Source: Chitinophagales bacterium (GTDB lineage: Bacteria > Bacteroidota > Bacteroidia > Chitinophagales > JADJOU01). Taken from it: DNA of 64,000 nucleotides. The number at the start of each line of letters is the position of its first letter. Positions within the stretch are counted from its first letter, which is position 1. The notes beneath the pieces are model-generated. The model did not search any database, was not told where the DNA came from, and worked only from the letters and a program-made list of their open reading frames with translations. Shown in pieces: positions 36,964 through 46,066 of the stretch. Made by a program: the position numbers and the translations under genes. The stretch covers positions 14,436-78,435 of the forward strand of contig JAURJQ010000027.1 of assembly GCA_030832185.1 (NCBI GenBank), in the 5' to 3' direction.

Positions 36964-37796
36964 TGAATATGTCATTCAATACAGAGAAATTGATCAACTA
37001 CCTAGGCGGAATGGTGGAGGCGCTGATTCCTAAAATTCTAGCGGCTATTCTTATTTGGATTTTAGGTTCTATTGCTATCAAATGGTCGTACAGAGTCTTT
37101 AAAAAGGTACTAGACGCCAAGGAGTTTGACCCTTCTGTAGAAACCTTCTTTCTTTCATTTATCAAAATAGGACTGCGTATCAGTTTATTCCTAATCATTA
37201 TAGGTGTGCTAGGAATACAAACTACCTCAGTGGCAGCTATGCTGGCAGGCGTAGGCGTTGCTATAGGTTCTGCATTTAATGGTTCTTTAGGAAATTTTGC
37301 AGGAGGGTTTATGCTTATTATTTATCAGCCAATTAAGGTAGGGGAGTTTATAGAATTCAATGGAGTGAGCGGCACTGTCCAGGAAATCGGAATACTTAAT
37401 ACATCTATATTAACAGGCGATATGAAAACGGTCTTTTTACCCAATGGTTTATTATCTACGGGTATTATCATCAACTGGAGTAGAAAAGGAAAAATTAGGG
37501 TAGATATACCCTTTAGTATTGAAGCGAATATCGATATAGAGTTGGCTAAAGATATTGCATTAGAATCGCTAAAAGATCATAGCCTTATTTTGTCAGATCC
37601 TAAGCCCGAAATTTATATTCAGCATATTCAGTCGGGATCAATCCAGTTGATCGTCAGACCCTACTGCACTCAGCCGGACTATTGGACAGTGTATAATGAT
37701 ACTCATAGTCTTGTCATCAATGCGTTCAAAGAAAAGCATGTGTCTCAGGGTATTCCTAAGCAGATTTTAATCACACAGAATATTGGAAAAGACTAA
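36963..37796 (+). CDS. Mechanosensitive ion channel (MscS family)
   Basis: Three TM helices, then PIKVGEFIEFNGVSGTVQEIGILNTSILTGDMKTVFLPNG (MscS beta-domain motif). The start is GTG 36963 or ATG 36969. Confidence 0.85.
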   Translation: MNMSFNTEKLINYLGGMVEALIPKILAAILIWILGSIAIKWSYRVFKKVLDAKEFDPSVETFFLSFIKIGLRISLFLIIIGVLGIQTTSVAAMLAGVGVAIGSAFNGSLGNFAGGFMLIIYQPIKVGEFIEFNGVSGTVQEIGILNTSILTGDMKTVFLPNGLLSTGIIINWSRKGKIRVDIPFSIEANIDIELAKDIALESLKDHSLILSDPKPEIYIQHIQSGSIQLIVRPYCTQPDYWTVYNDTHSLVINAFKEKHVSQGIPKQILITQNIGKD

Positions 37797-38700
37797 GGTT
37801 GCAGCGATACAGTGGATTACCTTGTTTCTCCTCGGCGCTATCTGGGGAAGTTCGTTTATGCTTATGAAAATAGGCACTCGAGCATTCTCTACCATAGAAG
37901 TTTCATCTTTGAGAATGTTTTTCGGGGGTATCCTTGCGCTTCCATTTTTAGGTGTAATCATGATAAAATATGATCGCAAAATTTTATTTTGGATGTTCTT
38001 ATCTGCTATGTTAGGTAGCGCGATACCCAGTCTTTTTTATGCTTATTCGGCCAGTAGAATGGATAGCAATCTCAATGGAGTCATCAATTCACTGACGCCA
38101 TTATTTACATTAATTGTGGGTATTATTTGGCTTAAGTACAAGACCAGTCTGATTAGTTTGATTGGAATTTTTATTGGTTTTTTTGGCGTTCTGATTCTAT
38201 TTACACAAAAAAGTACCACTTATGCTCAGGCACAATATGCTATGTTTCCTCTAATAGCCACTATGATGTATGGGGTCAATATGAATATAGTTAAGATAAA
38301 ACTGAGTCATCTTCCGTCACGTGATATTTTACTTGGGGTATTTGGCATCTTAGGATGCATATACCTGCCGATAGTGCTATACTTAGGTATTTTTGAACAT
38401 ATAGATCTTCATAAATTCAGTAACACTTTTTGGATAACTAGTCCAGACGCGGTAAGTCAAAAGATGAAGTCCTTAGAAGCTATGCTATTATTAGGCTTTA
38501 TCGGTTCTCTGGTAGCCTCCTTCATTTTTTATATGCTACTAAAGCGCACCAATGCCTTATTCGCTTCTACGAACACCTATCTTATCCCACTAATGTCCAT
38601 ATTCTGGGGCTACCTCGATGGAGAATCTATTGGTTGGGTGCACTTTGTCTCCCTTCTTATTATATTACTGGGAGTTTATATAGTCAGTGTGCGAAAATGA
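37783..38700 (+). CDS. EamA/DMT-family transporter
   Basis: Ten predicted TM helices with a duplicated EamA-like pattern. The TTG start overlaps the MscS gene end by 14 nt. Confidence 0.8.
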   Translation: MEKTKVAAIQWITLFLLGAIWGSSFMLMKIGTRAFSTIEVSSLRMFFGGILALPFLGVIMIKYDRKILFWMFLSAMLGSAIPSLFYAYSASRMDSNLNGVINSLTPLFTLIVGIIWLKYKTSLISLIGIFIGFFGVLILFTQKSTTYAQAQYAMFPLIATMMYGVNMNIVKIKLSHLPSRDILLGVFGILGCIYLPIVLYLGIFEHIDLHKFSNTFWITSPDAVSQKMKSLEAMLLLGFIGSLVASFIFYMLLKRTNALFASTNTYLIPLMSIFWGYLDGESIGWVHFVSLLIILLGVYIVSVRK

Positions 38701-38733
38701 TGATTCCACTTTTTTAGATTGAGATAATTTTTT

Positions 38734-38741
38734 TATCTTTG
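38734..38741 (+). promoter_or_regulatory. Bacteroidota-type -7 promoter box (TAnnTTTG) abutting a start codon
   Basis: TATCTTTG lies only 4 nt before ATG 38746. Confidence 0.5.
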
Positions 38742-38745
38742 TAGT

Positions 38746-41700
38746 ATGCTAGAGGACAATAAAATCGATGACTATAACCTTCTAAGAAATAGGCTTAAAA
38801 AGTTTATTTCTAACTATTATTTTCATCAATGGCTGAAAGGAGGATTACAATTCTTAATAGTCTTTGTAACTATCTATTTATTGACTACTACCTTAGAATA
38901 TAATTTATATTTAAGTCCAGATATCAGAAGGGGGCTTTTCTTTTTATTTTTGGTAGCATTTTTGTTGCTTTTTTATTTCTGGGTATTGCGTCCTCTACTA
39001 GAGTTCGTTCAAAATAGGAAGCGGATAAATGACAAACAAGCCGCACAGATTATCGGAAAACATTTTCCCGAGGTGAAAGACAAACTACTCAATGTACTTT
39101 ATCTAGGTGAAATGGAGGGTAAAGACATATCTCTAGAGTTAATATATGCATCTATAAGACAAAAATCGCAATCGCTTCTTTGGGTTAAATTTACAGATGC
39201 TCTTGATTGGGAAAAGAATAGGAAACTAGCTAAATATTTACTTATACCCATTTCTATTTTTTTAGTATTAATTTTTTGGATACCAAATTTATTTAAAGAA
39301 AGTACACATCGACTTATAAATTACAACCAAGTCTTCTCCCCCAAGGCCCCATTTAATTTTGTCATTTTAAACTCTAGCCTAAAGGTGGCGCAATTTGAAT
39401 CTATCAATATAAAAGCTAAATTAGAGGGAAAGTCCTTACCAGAAGATTTGAATATATTATATCAGGGAGTTAAATATCCTATGGTCGCTTCTGGAAATGG
39501 AGTGTATGATTTTACCTTGAAGAATGTTGTGAATAAAGCGAATTTTAGGTTGGAGTCCTTAGGCTTTTTATCTGATGAATATGCACTAGATATAGTCCCT
39601 AGACCTCTGATTACATCATTTGATATCGATGTGATTCCTCCTAGATATACTGGAGTCAAACCTTTTACACTTCATAATTCTGGAGATATTCAAGCGCCTG
39701 AGGGCAGTACCGCAATTTGGAAATTTAAAACAGAAAATGTAGATAATATACAATTGCAATTAGCAGACCAAAAACTTTCCGTAGAGTCATTTAGTAACGG
39801 CTTCGGAGCAAAAGCTAGTTTGAGAAATACTACTAGTTATACTGTTCTGGTAAAAAATAATCGATCGAGCCTTGTTGACTCGCAGCGTTATCAAATAGGA
39901 TTAGTAGCGGATGCTCATCCTATGATTTCTCTCCGAGAATTTAATGATAGTATCCAAGAGATTAAATATTATGCAGGGGATGTGTCAGACGACTATGGTA
40001 TTTCGGCCCTTTACTTTGTCATTCAGTATGCCGGTAAGTCTGAGAAATTAAAAGTCAATATTCCGGCGGGCAAGAATCCTTCTTTTTATTTTTCTACTCA
40101 GAAGTTGTTTAATAAATATCCAAAGGGCGCAGAGCTTAATTATTACTTCGAAGTTTATGATAACGATCAAGTAAACGGACCAAAATCGACCCGTTCCAGT
40201 ATGTTTTCTCAGAAAAAGCTCTCTGAGAAGGAGCTGGAGAAAGTCGTAGATAATAATACGGCGCAGATACAAAATGAACTGGCAAAATCTCTGAAAGATG
40301 CAAAGCAGTTTCAAGCAGATTTAGAGCAGTTGAAAAAGAAGATGCTAGAAAAAAATCAGATGGATTTTAATGATAAAAAAATGATCGAGGACCTACTTAA
40401 AAAGCAGGAAGAACTTCAGAAAAAACTCGAGAATAGTAAAGAGGATATCAAGAGAAATTTTGATAAAAAAAATGAACTCAGTAAACAAGAGCAGTCTATG
40501 CTCGATCAGCAGCAGCAGCTAGAAGAGATCATTGAACAAATGAAAAATCCAGAGCTCAAAGACCTGCTCCAGAAAATCAATGATTTACTAGAGAAACAAG
40601 ATAAAAAAGAACTACTTCAGAATATAAATCAGATGGATACAAAGTCTGAAAAGATGGAGAAAAATTTTGATAGACTTTTGAATTTATATAAAAATCTCGA
40701 CTATAAGCAGAAGTTAAACGACTTGATAGATAAGCTAGATGCCATGAGTAAAGAGCAGAAAAAGCTAGCTTTAGAATCTGAAATACAAAAAGACACTAAG
40801 GAGGCGCAAAAAGAGCTCAACGAGGAGATGAAGGAGGTACAGAAGAAAATGGATGAACTCATTAAGCTCAATAGCGAGGTCAATAAAACAGATAAAAAAG
40901 AATTTGAGGAGGCTAAGAAGGATATAGACGATGCGGCAGCGCAGCAGGAAGACGCAGAGAAGGAAATGAATAATGGCAGTCCAAAATCAGGAGGTAAAAA
41001 ACAGGAAAAAGCTTCTGAGAAGATGAATGATGCTAAAGAGAAATTGAGTAAATTAAAGAAGAATCAAAAGAAAAAACAAAAAGCAGAGGATGCGAAGATG
41101 ATGCGACGTCTCTTAGAGAACGTTATTTTTCTGTCATTTGAACAGGAAAAAATATTGGAAAAAACAAAAACGATTTCCATTCAAAGTCCTAGCTATTTGA
41201 AACTTATTCAGCATCAGCAAAAATTAAAAGAGGATTTCAAGCTGGTAGAAGATACACTTTATAAAATAGCTTCACGACAGGTGAAAATTCGGAAATTTAT
41301 TTTTGAGGAAGTAGATAAGGTAAATAATAACACGGACCTCTCAATAAAAAGACTAGTAGATCGGAGAATAGATTTAGCTATATCTAATGAACAGTTTACT
41401 ATGTCGGCTTATAATAAGTTAGGACTAATGCTCAGTGAGTCACTAAAAAATATGCAAGATGAGGATGAGGATGAAAATAGTTCTGACTCAGACCAGCAAT
41501 GTGATAATCCTAAACCGGGAAAGAAGAAAAAGAGTATGAGTCTCGAAAAATTGGGAGAGATGCAACAACAGCTCAATGAGCAAATGGAGAAGTTACAACA
41601 GAAAATGAAGGAAAAATCTCAGCAGCCTGGAAAAGAAGGAATGTCACAGAATCCAAATGGACAGCAGCCCGGAGAACAACAAGGGCAGAGGGGACAACAA

Positions 41701-42153
41701 AAAAGCCAAGATGGCAAGGAAGCTGCAGAATTCGCTAAGATAGCTGCTCAGCAGCAAGCTATTCGCAATCTGCTGAAGAAGATTGAAGAGCAATCTAATA
41801 GTCCTGATAAATCTGGCAAAAAACCTTTCGGTAATGAACTGAAAGATGCCATGGATAAAATGAATCAAACCGAGAAAGATCTAGTTAATAAGCGATTTTA
41901 CGATGAGATGATGATGCGTCAAAGAGAGATTCAGATAAAACTTTTAGAATCTGCTAAGGCAGAAAGAGAGCAAGGTGAAGAGACCAGAAGAGAAAGTGAG
42001 CGCGCCAAAAATGTAAAGCCAGATATGCCTCAAGAGCTCAAACAGTATTTAGAGAATAAAAAGCAAAATGAAGCTCAAATTCAACGAACACCAGTAGGCC
42101 TCAACCCATACTTTAAAAAACTAAGTGAAAAGTATTTTCAGTCGATAAAATAG
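38746..42153 (+). CDS. Large membrane-anchored protein with long E/K/Q-rich coiled-coil region (possibly DUF4175-like)
   Basis: Three N-terminal TM helices (LQFLIVFVTIYLLTT..., LFFLFLVAFLLLFYFWVL..., YLLIPISIFLVLIFW) and a ~300-aa ordinary domain. About 500 aa of charged coiled coil follow (QQQQLEEIIEQMKNPELKDLLQK...). The family name is from memory and unverified. Confidence 0.75.
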   Translation: MLEDNKIDDYNLLRNRLKKFISNYYFHQWLKGGLQFLIVFVTIYLLTTTLEYNLYLSPDIRRGLFFLFLVAFLLLFYFWVLRPLLEFVQNRKRINDKQAAQIIGKHFPEVKDKLLNVLYLGEMEGKDISLELIYASIRQKSQSLLWVKFTDALDWEKNRKLAKYLLIPISIFLVLIFWIPNLFKESTHRLINYNQVFSPKAPFNFVILNSSLKVAQFESINIKAKLEGKSLPEDLNILYQGVKYPMVASGNGVYDFTLKNVVNKANFRLESLGFLSDEYALDIVPRPLITSFDIDVIPPRYTGVKPFTLHNSGDIQAPEGSTAIWKFKTENVDNIQLQLADQKLSVESFSNGFGAKASLRNTTSYTVLVKNNRSSLVDSQRYQIGLVADAHPMISLREFNDSIQEIKYYAGDVSDDYGISALYFVIQYAGKSEKLKVNIPAGKNPSFYFSTQKLFNKYPKGAELNYYFEVYDNDQVNGPKSTRSSMFSQKKLSEKELEKVVDNNTAQIQNELAKSLKDAKQFQADLEQLKKKMLEKNQMDFNDKKMIEDLLKKQEELQKKLENSKEDIKRNFDKKNELSKQEQSMLDQQQQLEEIIEQMKNPELKDLLQKINDLLEKQDKKELLQNINQMDTKSEKMEKNFDRLLNLYKNLDYKQKLNDLIDKLDAMSKEQKKLALESEIQKDTKEAQKELNEEMKEVQKKMDELIKLNSEVNKTDKKEFEEAKKDIDDAAAQQEDAEKEMNNGSPKSGGKKQEKASEKMNDAKEKLSKLKKNQKKKQKAEDAKMMRRLLENVIFLSFEQEKILEKTKTISIQSPSYLKLIQHQQKLKEDFKLVEDTLYKIASRQVKIRKFIFEEVDKVNNNTDLSIKRLVDRRIDLAISNEQFTMSAYNKLGLMLSESLKNMQDEDEDENSSDSDQQCDNPKPGKKKKSMSLEKLGEMQQQLNEQMEKLQQKMKEKSQQPGKEGMSQNPNGQQPGEQQGQRGQQKSQDGKEAAEFAKIAAQQQAIRNLLKKIEEQSNSPDKSGKKPFGNELKDAMDKMNQTEKDLVNKRFYDEMMMRQREIQIKLLESAKAEREQGEETRRESERAKNVKPDMPQELKQYLENKKQNEAQIQRTPVGLNPYFKKLSEKYFQSIK

Positions 42154-42162
42154 ATTTAAAAC

Positions 42163-42170
42163 TATATTTG
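42163..42170 (+). promoter_or_regulatory. Bacteroidota-type -7 promoter box (TAnnTTTG)
   Basis: TATATTTG lies 19 nt upstream of ATG 42190. Confidence 0.5.
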
Positions 42171-42189
42171 TAGCTATATTAAGTGTTTC

Positions 42190-43851
42190 ATGAAGTTATT
42201 TTTTGTCCTATTATGTTTAGTTTTTTGTTTGTCATCGTCTTCAGCTCAGACTAAAATGACGCAGGAGGACTATATCAATAAGTATTTTTCTCTGGCGGTA
42301 GAAGAGATGAATCGTTATAAAATACCAGCAAGTATCACATTAGCTCAGGGCTTGATAGAAACTGAAAGTGGTAACTCGCTGCTCGCTTCTAAGGCCAATA
42401 ATCATTTTGGCATTAAATGTAAAGCAGAGTGGACAGGGGCTATATTCATAAAAGATGATGATACCAAGAATGAGTGTTTCCGTGCATACGGAGCAGTTGA
42501 GGAATCTTACAGAGATCATTCATTATTTCTCTTGAAGCCCAGATATGGCAAATTATTTAGCTATGACATGACTGATTACAGATCCTGGGCCTATGGACTT
42601 AAGGAAGCAGGATATGCTACGAATCCTAATTATCCAGCTATGCTTATTAAATATATTGAAGAACTAAAGTTGTACCAATTTGACAAATTTGGTATGGAAA
42701 AAAGTTCTTTAAAAACAATAAAACCTCTAGAAACCGCTCCTCGGAAATTTAGCGAGGAAGAACTTATAAAACTGCGAATGCAACTTGCCAATAATATTCA
42801 GCTAGTGATAGTCAATGAGGATTTCGACATATATAAGCTGGCAAGTATGAAAAAATTGCCTGTAAACAAACTCATGGAATTTAATGATGTAGAAGGAGAA
42901 CAAACGTTGAGATTGGGTCAGAATTTTTTCCTGAGTAAGAAGGAAAAAGCAAATGCAAAAGCGAAACACATCGTACTAAAAGGAGAGAGTCTTTACGATA
43001 TTTCTCAGATGTATGGAGTTAGCTTGAAGCAATTAAGAAAATATAATAAGTTAGAATCCTGGGAGCAACCATATGCCGAAGATACAATATATCTTAGTGG
43101 TGTAAGAGAGTCATTTATGAAGTCTCGTCCTTTTTATCAAATTGAAAGAGAGCGCATTGAAAAGAATCTTAAACTTTCCATTCCTTTGGATATTACCCCC
43201 AAACCTGATCCAGCTAATGCTAGAATTGAATCATCTAAAATTGCAGAACCTTTATCAAATCGAGTGGTTAACATTCAGCCGAAGATGACCATAGAAGCAA
43301 AAGATACTTCTCCGATGATAAATAATGTTCTAACCCAGTCAAATAAGTCAAGTGATATCACTTCAGTAAAGAAAAAAGTTGATAGCGCAACTATTGAAAA
43401 GATAAATCCTAGTGAGAAAGTTTGGATAAATCATAGTGTAAAGCCAAAGGAAACTATTTTTAGAGTTTCAAAAATATATAACTGTAACCCTAATGATATT
43501 CTAATTTGGAATGCTATAAGTATGGAACAGGGCTTAAAGGTAGGTCAAATCCTTCGCATACATACCTTATTCCCAAATGGAGTAGAAATAGACGCTCCAG
43601 CGAGCGAAAATTTAAAATCTATCCTTCCTGGAGAAAAGACTAAGTTAGAATCTAAAACTTCTCAAAAACCAAGGGCAGTAATATTAAAAGCGCAAACTTT
43701 AAAAACAGCGATAGTTGATACTGGCGAAATACGAATAGGTAAGGGCATTAAAGCAGAGAAGGTAAGTATACAAGAATTATATAAAAATACTAAGCCAGAT
43801 AATACTAGACCAGACACTATTGTACGTAGAATTAAACTTTCTGGAGATTAA
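42190..43851 (+). CDS. Secreted N-acetylglucosaminidase-domain peptidoglycan hydrolase with two LysM domains
   Basis: Signal peptide. The glucosaminidase motif is IPASITLAQGLIETESGNS...NNHFGIKC...GYATNPNYP. LysM-like segments are HIVLKGESLYDISQMYGVSLKQLRKYN and HSVKPKETIFRVSKIYNCNPNDILIWN. Confidence 0.85.
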   Translation: MKLFFVLLCLVFCLSSSSAQTKMTQEDYINKYFSLAVEEMNRYKIPASITLAQGLIETESGNSLLASKANNHFGIKCKAEWTGAIFIKDDDTKNECFRAYGAVEESYRDHSLFLLKPRYGKLFSYDMTDYRSWAYGLKEAGYATNPNYPAMLIKYIEELKLYQFDKFGMEKSSLKTIKPLETAPRKFSEEELIKLRMQLANNIQLVIVNEDFDIYKLASMKKLPVNKLMEFNDVEGEQTLRLGQNFFLSKKEKANAKAKHIVLKGESLYDISQMYGVSLKQLRKYNKLESWEQPYAEDTIYLSGVRESFMKSRPFYQIERERIEKNLKLSIPLDITPKPDPANARIESSKIAEPLSNRVVNIQPKMTIEAKDTSPMINNVLTQSNKSSDITSVKKKVDSATIEKINPSEKVWINHSVKPKETIFRVSKIYNCNPNDILIWNAISMEQGLKVGQILRIHTLFPNGVEIDAPASENLKSILPGEKTKLESKTSQKPRAVILKAQTLKTAIVDTGEIRIGKGIKAEKVSIQELYKNTKPDNTRPDTIVRRIKLSGD

Positions 43852-43869
43852 CCTAATTTATTTAAGGTC

Positions 43870-44556
43870 ATGAGTCTAAACAAGCTGCAAAAGTTTGAGG
43901 CATTGAAGTCTATGCCGAATGTCTATGAAAATTTCTCTTTCACAGAGCCCAATCTCTTTAGAAATCAAGAGGAAGATAACCCTAAGGGTTTTTGGAAATC
44001 TAAACATTTCGGAAATGAGTATCCTTTGATTATTGAACTGGCTTGTGGTAAAGGAGAGTATTCTGTAGCACTCGGCGAAAAATACCCTGATAAAAATTTG
44101 CTAGGCATAGACATTAAGGGAAATAGAATTCATAATGGAGCTAAGATAGCATTGGAAAAAAAATTATCCAATGTTTGTTTTCTCCGAACCAGAATAGAAT
44201 TGATGCATGAGTTTATCCTAGGTGAAGAAATAGATGAAATATGGATTACCTTTCCTGATCCATTCCCAAGCTTTTCAGACAGAGGCAATCGTTTAATTTC
44301 TCCAAAGTTTTTAGATTATTATCAGAAACTTCTCAATGGAAAAAAAATAACTTTCCATCTAAAAACTGATAATTTTCCGCTCTTCAGATATGCACTAGGG
44401 GTATTGGATGGCCGAGGAGAGAAAATTGTTCGTTGTATAGAAAATATCTATGGTCAACATAAAAAGATAGAAGACATATTGCGTGTTCAGACTTATTATG
44501 AAAAGTTACACATGGGTCAAGGCAGTCAAATCCATTATGTGCAATGGGAAATGTAA
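43870..44556 (+). CDS. trmB: tRNA (guanine-N7)-methyltransferase
   Basis: IIELACGKGEYSVALGEKYPDKNLLGIDIKG...IWITFPDPFP matches the TrmB motifs. Confidence 0.9.
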   Translation: MSLNKLQKFEALKSMPNVYENFSFTEPNLFRNQEEDNPKGFWKSKHFGNEYPLIIELACGKGEYSVALGEKYPDKNLLGIDIKGNRIHNGAKIALEKKLSNVCFLRTRIELMHEFILGEEIDEIWITFPDPFPSFSDRGNRLISPKFLDYYQKLLNGKKITFHLKTDNFPLFRYALGVLDGRGEKIVRCIENIYGQHKKIEDILRVQTYYEKLHMGQGSQIHYVQWEM

Positions 44557-44570
44557 TCGTGGTATAAAAA

Positions 44571-46010
44571 CTATCTTCCTAACAACTTATCTAGTAGAGG
44601 AATCAATTTCTCTGGCTGACTTGGTTTCGGCACTCTATTGGATATGATATTTCCGCTTTTGTCTATGAGAATATAGGAGGGTAGTGATTGAATGGCATAT
44701 TTCCTTGCAAAGTCAGAATTAAAACCATTTGGGAATGAAATGGCTTGAATTTCATCCATCAATTTGTGGTCTCTGATAGCTTTTTCCCATGCTTCTTTAT
44801 CTTCGTCTATAGATAGATATAAAAACATAAAATCAGACTGATCTTTATATTTGGTGTTGATTTCTTTCGCAGCCTTCCATTCTGTCATGCTAGCGGCATT
44901 AGCACTAGACCACACATGAATATAAACTATTTTACCTACGAGTTCTCTTGAGTGTCTTTTATTCCCTGAATAATCTTCAAAGCTAAAATTCGGTGCGGGC
45001 TGACCAGTTTCATATTGGGCTAAATTGACCAACCTTTTTTTAAGTGCTATCTTTCTATCGGCATCTTTTACTTGATCTATATAGGCTACTATTTCTTGTT
45101 TAAGCTCAGAAGTTCTTCCATAGCTATTGACCCATTCTCCAATCAAATTTTCTATCAAAGTTTCGCGAAGATACGTATCGTGTTCTAATTCTGCTTCGCG
45201 TATATAGCCTTTATATAATTCTAAATCATCTGTATTTTTACTGATTATAAGGGGCTTATTTTTGCTATTTACATTGGCCTTTAGAATATTCATGCGGTTA
45301 TCTATATAAAGGGGGCAATGATAATAATCTGAATGATTGGGCATGAACTTATAGAATTCTAGAAAACTAGCATGCACTGCTATGAAGGAATCCTGATGTA
45401 ACCCATGATATTTTGGATAGTAATATTTATAGAGATAGGAAGCCATTTCTATATAATTGCGCGGATACAATTCTACAAATTCTTGACTTAGACTCACCTC
45501 TTCTACTAGTGCATTCCATTCTGCTGAGCGAAGTTTATAAGCGTTATCTATTTCCTTGTAATAAACTTCTAGCCCTTGCTGCGCTGCCTGTTTCAAATTT
45601 TCTCTATCTTCCTTATTTCCGAGGTAGGGAGTAGATTCGAGATTGAGTAGCGTATTCTCTTGTATTAAATCCTCATAGAATATCGTATAATTCGTTGTTT
45701 TCGTATTATCTATTGTCAACTGGATATTGGCTCCTGGTTTTACAAAAAGTTGAATGCGCTTGGTTTTATAATAGAGCTTGTAAAAGCATGCATTGGAGAC
45801 AGAGATATTAAACTCAAATGCCCCTTTCTTAGGGCTGGTTTCTATTTTAGAGTCTAGAAGCTTAGAGAAGACGGCAGGCGATAGAATCACAGTACTATAG
45901 TCCGTGCTCTCTAGTATGGTGCCATAGATGCGCACATTCTGACTATTGACAGAGAGTGAATTAGTTAAGATAACAAGGGTTAGAAAAATTCGAATCATAG
46001 AGAGTTTCAT
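44571..46010 (-). CDS. TlpA/thioredoxin-fold protein lacking the CXXC active site
   Basis: Signal peptide and a long N-terminal region precede a C-terminal thioredoxin-like domain. Here the expected W(A/S)xWCxPC is WSSANAAS (44889-44912). Downstream TlpA-like elements are retained (FMFLYLSID...SLPSYILIDKSGNI). Confidence 0.75.
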   Translation of the reverse strand: MKLSMIRIFLTLVILTNSLSVNSQNVRIYGTILESTDYSTVILSPAVFSKLLDSKIETSPKKGAFEFNISVSNACFYKLYYKTKRIQLFVKPGANIQLTIDNTKTTNYTIFYEDLIQENTLLNLESTPYLGNKEDRENLKQAAQQGLEVYYKEIDNAYKLRSAEWNALVEEVSLSQEFVELYPRNYIEMASYLYKYYYPKYHGLHQDSFIAVHASFLEFYKFMPNHSDYYHCPLYIDNRMNILKANVNSKNKPLIISKNTDDLELYKGYIREAELEHDTYLRETLIENLIGEWVNSYGRTSELKQEIVAYIDQVKDADRKIALKKRLVNLAQYETGQPAPNFSFEDYSGNKRHSRELVGKIVYIHVWSSANAASMTEWKAAKEINTKYKDQSDFMFLYLSIDEDKEAWEKAIRDHKLMDEIQAISFPNGFNSDFARKYAIQSLPSYILIDKSGNIISNRVPKPSQPEKLIPLLDKLLGR

Positions 46011-46066
46011 GCACGTTTCATTAACGTTTAAAAGTATTAAAAATTATCTCAAAAAAGTAAGAAATC

